From the IMG/VR virus record IMGVR_UViG_3300006310_000001: a stretch of DNA of 64,000 bases; one strand, given 5' to 3'. Positions within the stretch are counted from its first letter, which is position 1. Each line of letters starts with the position of its first letter. The notes below the pieces were generated by a model. That model was not told the DNA's origin and ran no database searches. It was given only the letters and a program-made list of their open reading frames with translations. This stretch comes from a virus. Positions 36,159 through 45,363 of the stretch are shown here, piece after piece. A program made the position numbers and the translations under genes.

Positions 36159-36907
36159 TGTACTTTTCTCCAAGCTGTTCCATTTTTTATTTCTGTCATA
36201 GTAAATTGATTTGCTAATAAACTATATATCCAGTTTAATCTAGCAGGTCTTATAGGTTGTTCTATTTTACTAAAATCGGTTAACCCCATTGGTACACCCA
36301 TATTCATTTTATCACAAAATACAGGTACCCCATTTAAAATAGCGTCAACTACAACTGCTGAATTATGAGATACTATAGCATATGCACTTTGTACTTCTTC
36401 TCTTAAAGGTCTGCTACTCTTTTTATCTCTTACTTTAATAGGTCTATCTGTATATTGTTTTAAAGTCTTTATAGTATCATCAACCCAACTACCTATATTA
36501 TGATATGCTATTTGAAAATGAGAAGGTGCTATAATTAAGATATAATTGCCATCACTTTTCCAGGGTTGTAATTTTATATACTGTTTATACTTTTTAATTC
36601 TTTCATTATCTTCATCTGTTAGTTCTTGTATAGTTTGTATATGATAATGATTTTTTGTTAATCTATATATTCTCTCACCAGTTACCTTTGATGGAGAGTG
36701 TCTATTACCATATAAGTAAGCGTGGTCAAAATAATAAAACTCTTTACTTTGTTTCAAAAGTTCGCCTGTGCCTCTTAATATTCCAAAACAAGTAATAGGT
36801 TTATCTATATCAACATCTTTAACATTATGTAATGTTCCTCCTGCACTTGAAACAAAATGTCTTACAATATCATCTGTTGCTGGTCTAGTTAATAATCCTT
36901 GTATCAT
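36155..36907 (-). CDS. GT-B-like / capsule polysaccharide-type protein (paralog)
   Basis: FYYFDHAY; ILIIAPS; IKVRDK; AYAIVSHNSAVVVDAILNGVPV. Confidence 0.5.
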   Translation of the reverse strand: MIQGLLTRPATDDIVRHFVSSAGGTLHNVKDVDIDKPITCFGILRGTGELLKQSKEFYYFDHAYLYGNRHSPSKVTGERIYRLTKNHYHIQTIQELTDEDNERIKKYKQYIKLQPWKSDGNYILIIAPSHFQIAYHNIGSWVDDTIKTLKQYTDRPIKVRDKKSSRPLREEVQSAYAIVSHNSAVVVDAILNGVPVFCDKMNMGVPMGLTDFSKIEQPIRPARLNWIYSLLANQFTMTEIKNGTAWRKVQ

Positions 36908-37581
36908 TTAACCATATTTGTTTCAGTTGTTTCTTCCTTTAATTTTAACCATTCTTCTGCATAATCACAATTTAAATAATCTACAAACCAAGGTCCACCT
37001 TCTGTAAAATGGACGTTCTTAACATCATCTTTCTTTTGATATTCTCCACTTAACCAATTCCACTCTAAAGGTAGTTCACCAATCATATTATCATTTTCTA
37101 ACCATTTAAATTGGTGTAGTTGTAATCCTGTTGCACTATTCACATAATCTGGTGTTAGTGCTGTACACTTATCACAATTCATCAACATAAAACTTGACCA
37201 ATTTTTCTTTTCATACTTTGTTTGAGGTTGACCTAAAAACTTCTTTGTCTTTCTTGGTATATAATCGTGCTTACACACTTGTACAGCATATTTCTCATCC
37301 CTTAATCTCCATAACTCAGCAATATCTGTTAACATTAACTGGTCACAATCCATAAACAATGCCCACCCCTTATAATTCATAAGGTGAGGTACTATAAATC
37401 TACTAAAACTAAATTCAGTTGATTCTATATTACTACGTTCTCTAGTAAAATTATCTTTTATATTTTTTAAATATATTGGTGTAATAGATACAGGTCTGGT
37501 ACTATGTTTTAATATACTATATGCAAGTACATTAAAAGCAACCTTCTCTTTACTATCATACCCAATAAAAATATTAATCAT
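36904..37581 (-). CDS. GT8-like glycosyltransferase
   Basis: IFIGYD, STEFSFSRF, ALFMDCD (DxD), KNWSSFML, LPLEWNWL, HFTEGGPW. Confidence 0.85.
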   Translation of the reverse strand: MINIFIGYDSKEKVAFNVLAYSILKHSTRPVSITPIYLKNIKDNFTRERSNIESTEFSFSRFIVPHLMNYKGWALFMDCDQLMLTDIAELWRLRDEKYAVQVCKHDYIPRKTKKFLGQPQTKYEKKNWSSFMLMNCDKCTALTPDYVNSATGLQLHQFKWLENDNMIGELPLEWNWLSGEYQKKDDVKNVHFTEGGPWFVDYLNCDYAEEWLKLKEETTETNMVK

Positions 37582-37583
37582 TA

Positions 37584-37820
37584 CTATTTCGTTTTTATAG
37601 GCATTCTTATATTTTTACGCAACGCTCTTACTAACTCACCTAACTTATCAATAATCGCTATCGCATCCTCATCCGTAATATAATGTCGTTGCTCTTTAAG
37701 TTCATCATATTCTCTTAAAGGAATCGTAACAGTTCTATTAAGTTGTGTTTCATTTTCATATGTCAAGTTATGAGCATTGTCTTGGTCATCTACGCCGTTT
37801 GTCATCTGTTTCTTCTCCAT
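37584..37820 (-). CDS. hypothetical protein
   Basis: 78 aa ORF. Confidence 0.55.
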   Translation of the reverse strand: MEKKQMTNGVDDQDNAHNLTYENETQLNRTVTIPLREYDELKEQRHYITDEDAIAIIDKLGELVRALRKNIRMPIKTK

Positions 37821-38575
37821 TCTGGACTATTTGCTTGTTTTTTTCTTTGTCCTTTTCTATGGTCTATATATGGGTTAAGAAACGTATCTCTTGCCATTAT
37901 ATGTCCATTTCTACCATCCCCTAGTGGTTTTTCACTATACCTGGGATCGTTTTTAAACATTTGCCTAGTACCGTCCAATGTATGGCAATCTGTCCAAAAA
38001 TTCTTTCCTAATTTCTTTATTGTATATACTTTATCTGTTATATACCATTTTTTATATTCACGAAAAAAGTCATCTACTACACGACTTCTATTATTAAATG
38101 CAACAAAACCTGTTTCTGTATATTGTGATGGTCTATGATAAAATGATAAAAATGTTAAATCTGGTAAACAGTTCTGATACCAAGAGTCGTGTATTGTGTC
38201 CATAAACTTACAATCACTATCTACATAATATATTTTAGTTCCCCAACCTCTTGCTGCTGATTGAGCAAATACTTTATAACTAAATCTTACCGCTTCTTCA
38301 TAAAAATTATTTGCTGTTCTATGTTTATTTCTTTGAACAAAATCTTTACAATCTGGTTCAAAGTCAAATAAATTATAATAATGTACTCTATCTACTTTAG
38401 GATATAAATTTGGATTATCTTCAACAAAAACATACATATGTGGTTTTTGATTTGTTGCCACGTATGAGTCAATTAATTGATGAGCATAATCATCATATAA
38501 TCTTTTATTAAATGTTGTACAAAATATGTATGGGGCTAATCCCCTAGTTGGTCCGTATGCTCCGAGTCCGCTCAT
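37802..38575 (-). CDS. GT-A-like glycosyltransferase
   Basis: AVRFSYKVFA, YYVDSD (DxD), YTETGF, WTDCH; probable start MSGLG. Confidence 0.65.
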   Translation of the reverse strand: MSGLGAYGPTRGLAPYIFCTTFNKRLYDDYAHQLIDSYVATNQKPHMYVFVEDNPNLYPKVDRVHYYNLFDFEPDCKDFVQRNKHRTANNFYEEAVRFSYKVFAQSAARGWGTKIYYVDSDCKFMDTIHDSWYQNCLPDLTFLSFYHRPSQYTETGFVAFNNRSRVVDDFFREYKKWYITDKVYTIKKLGKNFWTDCHTLDGTRQMFKNDPRYSEKPLGDGRNGHIMARDTFLNPYIDHRKGQRKKQANSPEWRRNR

Positions 38576-39621
38576 ATACAATTCTCTGGAGCATCCCAAA
38601 GTCTTGGTACTCCTGATTGATGGTCACTACAATATCTACCTACATCAGCGTCAACCATTTCTTTCATTAAACTCTCTACATTATGTTTATGTTCCCAACC
38701 TAATACTTCTCTTGCCTTACTAGCATCCCCTTGTAATACATCTACCTCAGCAGGTCTTAAATGTTTCTTATCAGTAGTAATAATTAATTGATTGCCGTCT
38801 GTAAAACACTTACCATCTTTCCAATAATGTTTTATTCCTTTATAATCTAATGCCATATCTGCAAATTCTTTTACTGTATGAATTTCACCAGTTGCTAATA
38901 CATAGTCATCTGGTTTATCGTGTTGTAGCATTTGCCACATACCTCTAACAAAATCCTCAGCGTGTCCCCAATCTCTTTTTGCATTTAAATTTCCTAAAAC
39001 AATTGGTCTTCCTTCTTGCAACCAATGTGCTAAACCTTTTGATATCTTTCTAGTTACAAAGTCCTCACCTCTATGTGGACTTTCGTGATTAAATAAAAGA
39101 CCACAACAAGCAAACATATCATACGCTTCTCTATAATTAATTGTTATATGATGAGCATATAGTTTTGCAACACCATATGGTGACCTCGGCCAGAATTTTG
39201 TTGTTTCTTTTTGTGGCGTTTCAAATACTTTTCCATACATTTCACTTGTACTTGCTTGATAGAATTTTATTTTAGGATTTACTTGTCTTATACTTTCTAG
39301 TATTCTCAAAGGACCCATTGCGTCTATTAGAGTAGCAAGTTCTGGTTGTTTAAATGATAACCATACAAATGATTGAGCAGCTAAATTATATACTTCGTCT
39401 GGTTGAGATTCCTCTATTGCTCTTCTTATATTCGCTTGGTCTATTACATCAAGTTCAACAAACTCTATTTGGTCTGTAATACCCATTTCATCTAGTCGCC
39501 AATGTTTTGGTGATGTACTTCGTCTTTGTCCACCAAATACTTTATAACCTTTTTCTAATAACAATTTAGCAAGATAAGCGCCGTCTTGTCCAGTTATACC
39601 TGTAATCAATGCTCTTTTCAT
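38572..39621 (-). CDS. gmd: GDP-mannose 4,6-dehydratase
   Basis: ALITGITGQDGAYLA, YNLAAQSFV, QASTSEMYG, PRSPYGVAK, FNHESP, FVTRKI, RDWGHA, RPAEVDVL. Confidence 0.97.
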   Translation of the reverse strand: MKRALITGITGQDGAYLAKLLLEKGYKVFGGQRRSTSPKHWRLDEMGITDQIEFVELDVIDQANIRRAIEESQPDEVYNLAAQSFVWLSFKQPELATLIDAMGPLRILESIRQVNPKIKFYQASTSEMYGKVFETPQKETTKFWPRSPYGVAKLYAHHITINYREAYDMFACCGLLFNHESPHRGEDFVTRKISKGLAHWLQEGRPIVLGNLNAKRDWGHAEDFVRGMWQMLQHDKPDDYVLATGEIHTVKEFADMALDYKGIKHYWKDGKCFTDGNQLIITTDKKHLRPAEVDVLQGDASKAREVLGWEHKHNVESLMKEMVDADVGRYCSDHQSGVPRLWDAPENCI

Positions 39622-40772
39622 TTTATGTCCTTTGTTATGTGATATACCATATCAATATTTTCTTTTAAATCTCTTATATCATTTCCTATAAACAAACCAT
39701 TGTTATGAATATAATCTGCATTTGGACAACTATTATTATAATAATCAAGATAATCTATTACAGGATTGTTCATAAAATTACCTGCAACAATAGGTCTACA
39801 CTCTACTCCGTTTTCTGTAAGTTTCTTAACAAGTTGGTCTCTTTTGCCTTCATATTCATCAACTAACAAAATGGAAAATCCAAACCAACTAGACTCTCCT
39901 ATTTCTTTTTGTAATTGTACACCTGGCATTTCTTCAAACTTATGTTGAAAATAGTTTGCATTACGAATTCTTTGTGTTCTCATTTCTTGTTCTTTTTTAA
40001 GTTGTACACTTCCAATTGCACCACTCATTTCTAAAGGTCTTACACTATAACCTGGAGTTACAAACGTAAAACTATCTTTAAACTTATCACCTGTCTTTTT
40101 ATAAATCTTATTATCGTCTGGTAAATCTCTACACCAACCGTGTGCTCTTAATGACCTTAAATAATCAGCGTCATCTTTATTTCTACAAGCAATCATTCCA
40201 CCTTCCATTGTTTGTAAGTGATGTGAAAAGAAGAAAGAAAAACTACCTAAATCAGCAAACGTTCCACAATATTCATAGTTATATGTCTGAGCACCTAAAC
40301 TCTCACAATTGTCCTCTATTAACATAAGGTTGTGTTCTCTAGCAATATGCATTAATGAATAATGGTCACAGGAGTTACCTAAAAGATTAACTGCAAATAT
40401 AGCGCAAGTATCGTCATTAATTGCTTCTCTAACTTTATTAGGGTCTATATTTAAAGTTTCTCTATCTACATCTACAAAATTTAATTTGAAACCGTATTGT
40501 TGTAATGGAAAGTATGTTGTTGACCAAGAAACAGCAGGTACAATTATATTACCACCTTTTTTATATTTTAATTTTAACAATGCTATCATTAATAGATTAG
40601 CAGTTGAACCACTATTAACCATAACTGCGTCATTACATCTAAAATATTTGGCAAACTCTTGCTCAAACTTCTTAACGTAAGGACCCATTGTATATCGCCC
40701 ACTTTTTATGACTTCTTGTATTGCGTGTAACTCTTTATGATCCCAAGTATCACTAGCTAATTGATATTTCAT
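39618..40772 (-). CDS. colD: DegT/DnrJ-fold enzyme, ColD-type GDP-4-keto-6-deoxymannose 3-dehydratase
   Basis: VNSGSTANL, VPAVSWSTT, EDNCES, SFFFSHHLQTMEGG (His at the usual PLP-Lys position), RAHGW. Confidence 0.85.
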   Translation of the reverse strand: MKYQLASDTWDHKELHAIQEVIKSGRYTMGPYVKKFEQEFAKYFRCNDAVMVNSGSTANLLMIALLKLKYKKGGNIIVPAVSWSTTYFPLQQYGFKLNFVDVDRETLNIDPNKVREAINDDTCAIFAVNLLGNSCDHYSLMHIAREHNLMLIEDNCESLGAQTYNYEYCGTFADLGSFSFFFSHHLQTMEGGMIACRNKDDADYLRSLRAHGWCRDLPDDNKIYKKTGDKFKDSFTFVTPGYSVRPLEMSGAIGSVQLKKEQEMRTQRIRNANYFQHKFEEMPGVQLQKEIGESSWFGFSILLVDEYEGKRDQLVKKLTENGVECRPIVAGNFMNNPVIDYLDYYNNSCPNADYIHNNGLFIGNDIRDLKENIDMVYHITKDIK

Positions 40773-40779
40773 AATTTTC

Positions 40780-42606
40780 CTATATATTCATCTTAAATAC
40801 TTTATACCAAATCGCAAATGCCATTATAGTAAACAGTTCTTTTTGTGAGCGTTGACCAATATTAGGTAATATTTTCTTTTCTCCAGCTTTATTTAAACCT
40901 TTTGACCAACTTTCTCTTTTATTACACATATATTTATCATCTATTTCGGACTGGTTATATTCAAATATTTCTTGCATTTCTTTATTTGATAATACATTCC
41001 TAATATAATCTTTTAATACATTTCTATCATCAGCTCGTTTGCTAAGTCTACCTACAATAAATTCATCTGTAGGAAATCTCCAACCAGTTTTCTCTCTCTC
41101 TAATATTTTTAATGGTAATCTTTTATAATATGCTGTCTTTAATAGTGGTTTATTATAATATGCCCAATTATCTTCCATAAAATTCTTGTTGATTTTATGT
41201 TCACTAGGGATACTTCGTATATAATCTCTAAAAGTTTTATTCATAAAAGGAAATCTTCCTTCTAAACTAAATCTCATACCTAACTTATCATTTCTCATTA
41301 AAAAATCTTCTGATAATGTATTTAAACACTCAATGAACATAAAATCATTTCTTTCATCACCTTGCAAACCACCTTTTGGAAACCAACTATCAAGATACTC
41401 TAATTGTTCTTCGTGTGTTGCCCATAGTTCTTTATTTTTTAATTCTCTATGATTAGCACATAATGCTTTTAACTTCGTTGCCCAATCTGGTTGTCTATGA
41501 TGTTTATAACCAGCAAATAATTCATCTCCACCATCACCACTTAAAGTTACCGTTATGCCTTGATTTTTTATATTTTCATTAACACCATAATATACAGGCA
41601 AACTTTTACTTTGTCTAGGTTCTTCTAAAGCTAACGCTGTATTTTCCCAATTATCTATAAAATATTGTTGATTAATATATGGTTCTCTATGTTCACCACC
41701 ATATGTTGCTGACATTTCTTTTGCCAATATACAATCTTCGTTAGACCTTGATTTCCAATCATAAGTTTCAAACTTTGAACTAAATGTTTTTGGTTTTGTT
41801 TTCCCTAATTGGGACATTTCATAACAAATAGCCGTACTATCAATACCACCACTTAAAAACAATCCAATTTCTCTACGACCCATTAAGGTTTCTTTTACTG
41901 CCTGGTGTAATCTATTTCTAACTTCTTCTTTAATTTTACCTACATTTTTAACATTTCTTAACCCTATTTGTCTATTATTAATATTAGTAGAAATTTTAGC
42001 ACTAGTTACTACGTTCATCTTAACAACTTCACCTGGTACTAATTTTTTAATACCTTTAAACAATGTCAAATAACCAGAATTATATCCTTGTTTATAATAC
42101 TGTTTGAATGCCTCTTTATCTACTTTTCTTTCAAATCCTAATGTTAATAAACTTTTAATCTCGGATGAAAAAGCAAACTTACCATTTATATAACCATAAT
42201 AAAGAGGTTTAGTTCCATTACTATCTCTGGCAATAATTAATTCTTTTGTCTTCTTATTATAGCAAGCAAATGCAAACATTCCATCTAATTTTTCTATAAA
42301 TGATATGCCATATCTTTCTAAACCTAACATTAAAACTTCCGTATCTGTATTAGTTTTAAGTTTAAATTCTTTACCTAGTTCTTTGTAATTGTATATCTCA
42401 CCATTATATACTAACACCCTATCGTTATGAATCCAAGGTTGTTTTGAATTTTCTGTAGTGTCTATGATTGATAATAAATTATGACCTAAAGTAATATCTT
42501 CATCTTGCCAATGTCCATTACCATCAGGTCCTCTATGATGTGCTTCGCACAACATTTCTTTTATCAAACTAGTTGATGACCATAATATTCCGTGTATCGC
42601 ACACAT
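40780..42606 (-). CDS. AsnB-family glutamine amidotransferase (asparagine synthase-like)
   Basis: N-terminal Cys2, HRGPDG, YNGEIYNY, GMFAFA, RDSNGTKPLYY, LSGGIDS, SGDGGDELFAGY. Confidence 0.93.
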   Translation of the reverse strand: MCAIHGILWSSTSLIKEMLCEAHHRGPDGNGHWQDEDITLGHNLLSIIDTTENSKQPWIHNDRVLVYNGEIYNYKELGKEFKLKTNTDTEVLMLGLERYGISFIEKLDGMFAFACYNKKTKELIIARDSNGTKPLYYGYINGKFAFSSEIKSLLTLGFERKVDKEAFKQYYKQGYNSGYLTLFKGIKKLVPGEVVKMNVVTSAKISTNINNRQIGLRNVKNVGKIKEEVRNRLHQAVKETLMGRREIGLFLSGGIDSTAICYEMSQLGKTKPKTFSSKFETYDWKSRSNEDCILAKEMSATYGGEHREPYINQQYFIDNWENTALALEEPRQSKSLPVYYGVNENIKNQGITVTLSGDGGDELFAGYKHHRQPDWATKLKALCANHRELKNKELWATHEEQLEYLDSWFPKGGLQGDERNDFMFIECLNTLSEDFLMRNDKLGMRFSLEGRFPFMNKTFRDYIRSIPSEHKINKNFMEDNWAYYNKPLLKTAYYKRLPLKILEREKTGWRFPTDEFIVGRLSKRADDRNVLKDYIRNVLSNKEMQEIFEYNQSEIDDKYMCNKRESWSKGLNKAGEKKILPNIGQRSQKELFTIMAFAIWYKVFKMNI

Positions 42607-42608
42607 AA

Positions 42609-43664
42609 TTATCTTTGTAATAACTCCTTTATATAAGGTATAATCAAGTGTGAATTAAATTCTTCCATATCAAATTCTGTATGAGATACCATTTTATACC
42701 AATTTAAAACTTCTAGTGGAGTAGCATAATATATTTTCTCTATCCTATCAATACTAGTATTGTTTAATTTAATTCCAAAATTCCATTTTGAAGTAATACA
42801 AGGTATTCCTAAATTAATAAGTTCAAAAATACTTGTACTTTCTCCTAACACACCACAATAAACTCTATCTACAATAGTTCGTAATTTGGTCTCTCTTGGT
42901 AAAACTTCAACATCTTTCACCAAATCTTTAACTACAATTTTACTTAATGGGTGTGGTTTAACTATAATTTTTCTATTTGTTGCTAGTCTAACTCTTTCAA
43001 CACTAGTTTTAATAAATTCTGGTACAGAAACAGAAGATGTAGGGTCATATTCTAAACCAGGTATAATTAAAACTGCACCATCTTTATTATTTTTCCATTG
43101 ATGTGGTTCTATATTCTGCAACTTTATTTTATTTTTCTTTTCAGTTTTTTCAATCATAGTATGTAATCTTGATGGGTTTGAATTATCAACTTTACACCAT
43201 TTAGTTCTTCCATATGTCCAATGACCTAACCCCATACGATAATATCTTGGACCTGTATTTTTATACCAAGAATCTATGTAATTACATTTTATTCTTGATA
43301 ATGTAGCACTTTCAGTTACAATAACTTTTTTATTATACATCTTTGCTAGTTCTTGAACAAAGACATTTATAAATTCCATTCTTGCACTTCTAACTTCTGT
43401 GCTTGGTCTTCCGTGAGCTAGTTTACTATCTTCAGCATAAATTTTATCTGGTTTCCATTGTCTTGCTGGATTTGTACTACCCCACGTACCATCAACTAGA
43501 TAAGCGTCAGCATTTTTTATCCAATATAAATCTTCTAAAGATATTGGTTTATCTTTTACTTCAACAACTCTATGTACTGACATATCAGATTGTGGATTAG
43601 AATTAATAACTCCACATATTGCTGCCAATGCATTACCCGATCCAAAAGCTACTATCTTTTTCAT
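42609..43664 (-). CDS. GT-B-like / capsule polysaccharide-type protein (third related copy)
   Basis: VLIIPG; IVKPHP; ESTSIFELINLGIPC. Confidence 0.45.
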   Translation of the reverse strand: MKKIVAFGSGNALAAICGVINSNPQSDMSVHRVVEVKDKPISLEDLYWIKNADAYLVDGTWGSTNPARQWKPDKIYAEDSKLAHGRPSTEVRSARMEFINVFVQELAKMYNKKVIVTESATLSRIKCNYIDSWYKNTGPRYYRMGLGHWTYGRTKWCKVDNSNPSRLHTMIEKTEKKNKIKLQNIEPHQWKNNKDGAVLIIPGLEYDPTSSVSVPEFIKTSVERVRLATNRKIIVKPHPLSKIVVKDLVKDVEVLPRETKLRTIVDRVYCGVLGESTSIFELINLGIPCITSKWNFGIKLNNTSIDRIEKIYYATPLEVLNWYKMVSHTEFDMEEFNSHLIIPYIKELLQR

Positions 43665-43981
43665 TATTCATTTTTCACATTATAAAAAGTATATTTAACT
43701 GTTAATTCTTCCCACGCTTTTATAGGTCGTTCAGTATATAAAAAATACTTATTATAATTTTCAACATCTTTAAGTCCTAATTCACCTCTCACCTTTATAC
43801 AGTTTGGTTTATCACTATGATTAATATGACCACCTAAAGGTGTTCTTATAAGTTCATCATTAACAACAATATGACATAAACCTAACTTTACATCTTTCTC
43901 AATAAACTTTGTTGTAAATAATCCTTGACCTTCTATAGAAGATTTTTTAATTATTAATCCGTCTGGTAATGGTTTATACAT
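43664..43981 (-). CDS. SET domain protein
   Basis: SSIEGQGLFT, GGHINHSDKPNC, IKAWEELTVKY. Confidence 0.88.
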   Translation of the reverse strand: MYKPLPDGLIIKKSSIEGQGLFTTKFIEKDVKLGLCHIVVNDELIRTPLGGHINHSDKPNCIKVRGELGLKDVENYNKYFLYTERPIKAWEELTVKYTFYNVKNE

Positions 43982-44649
43982 TAGCTTGGTCCCATTTTAT
44001 CATCTTTATCTCCATAATGTAAATAAGACATCATAACATATTTTGGTCCACTAATTGGTTTTAATCCAGCGTGTGGATGAGTCCAAAAAGGTGGAAACAC
44101 TAACAATCTTGTTGCTCTTGGTGAAATCATTATATTCTGTTTTGGTAAATGTGTTTCACCGCCTTTTTCAACATCATTAAGATATAAAATAAAAACTAAA
44201 AAACGTTTTGCTGAAAGACCCCTAGAACGGAGTACATCAACGTGTTCTTTAAATTCATCTTTATCATTAGGTAAATATTTTTTTATTCTTATGTTTTCCC
44301 TATCAATTATTGGTGGAAAATGTTCATTTTTTATATTTAAATTCATCATATATCTTTCTTTATACAATTTCAACATATGAAGAAATTTATCTCTAGGTTC
44401 TTTCCAAAAGAGAAGGTTATCAGGTTTGTCTATATCAATTTCAGTAAATTCTTTATGACCAGTTTTAAATGCGTCTACACTAGATTTATTGTAGTTGGCT
44501 ATCTGTTCAAACTTATTAACAATCATTTTACAATCTTCCACGTCCATTGCGTGATTATACACCATCATATTATTCTTAGCAAATTCATCTAATGTAGATG
44601 TTGGCATATCTCTTAAACGTGAATTAAAATTAGGTTTAGTTTTGTCCAT
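43981..44649 (-). CDS. 2OG-Fe(II) oxygenase (prolyl 4-hydroxylase-like)
   Basis: FKEHVD, LYLNDVEKGGET, LLVFPPFWTHPHAG, KYVMMSY. Confidence 0.88.
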   Translation of the reverse strand: MDKTKPNFNSRLRDMPTSTLDEFAKNNMMVYNHAMDVEDCKMIVNKFEQIANYNKSSVDAFKTGHKEFTEIDIDKPDNLLFWKEPRDKFLHMLKLYKERYMMNLNIKNEHFPPIIDRENIRIKKYLPNDKDEFKEHVDVLRSRGLSAKRFLVFILYLNDVEKGGETHLPKQNIMISPRATRLLVFPPFWTHPHAGLKPISGPKYVMMSYLHYGDKDDKMGPS

Positions 44650-45049
44650 AACTACTCGGTGCCATAAATGTTCGTCTAACTATTGCTGCTTGTTCATCTT
44701 TAGTTTTAACATAATATCCTTCAATATGTGTATATCCATTTTCTTTTGCCCAATACACTCTCTTGTTGCCTGTATGTACTGCAATACCAGGTATAGGAAT
44801 TCCTGAATATGCGTCCTTCGGCCATCTTTTTTCTACTAACCAATAATACTTCATATTAGTATATATGATTGGATACATCATACCTAACCTATCTATACTT
44901 TTCTTAAATCTAGGATATCTTTTCATCATCCAATCATTATCAGCAGTTAACATTAAATTTTCTAATGGTACTTCTACTACTCTTGGAGTTACACCTACTA
45001 AAGGTTCATCTTTACAAGTAACTCTTTTTTTTGCTTTTAATAATTTCAT
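44636..45049 (-). CDS. ParB/Srx-like domain protein
   Basis: KKSIDRLGMMYPII...GNKRVYWAKENGYTHI matches the SI..G...PI..G..R..A...G pattern. Confidence 0.45.
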   Translation of the reverse strand: MKLLKAKKRVTCKDEPLVGVTPRVVEVPLENLMLTADNDWMMKRYPRFKKSIDRLGMMYPIIYTNMKYYWLVEKRWPKDAYSGIPIPGIAVHTGNKRVYWAKENGYTHIEGYYVKTKDEQAAIVRRTFMAPSSYGQN

Positions 45050-45363
45050 ACTTGTAATTCAAAAACATCAAATTCAATGCCTTCTAACTCTTTTGGTTTA
45101 CCTTTAGGATAAGTCGGCCAAAGTTGGAATTCTTCTCCAGTTGTATCACTTTTACAACCTGCAACTAACCAATCCCATTTAAATTCTCCGTCTATAATAA
45201 ACTCGTTCATCACTTCATATCTTCCATCTGGTTTTTGTAAAAGTAATTCTTTTTTACATTCTTCCATATTTTTATACCAACCTTCCATTTGGAAAGTTTG
45301 TTGTGTTTCTATTGGACTATGACCAATTAGATATGCTAATATTAATATTTTAAAGTCGCCCAT
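45046..45363 (-). CDS. hypothetical protein
   Basis: 105 aa coupled ORF. Confidence 0.6.
   Translation of the reverse strand: MGDFKILILAYLIGHSPIETQQTFQMEGWYKNMEECKKELLLQKPDGRYEVMNEFIIDGEFKWDWLVAGCKSDTTGEEFQLWPTYPKGKPKELEGIEFDVFELQV

Noticed and set aside
33121-42606. Host chromosomal contamination explaining the metabolic genes
   Set aside because: The genes are coupled by overlapping start/stop codons to phage nrdAB/RuvC on one side and phage early ORFs on the other, with similar AT-rich composition; chimerism cannot be fully excluded without reads.
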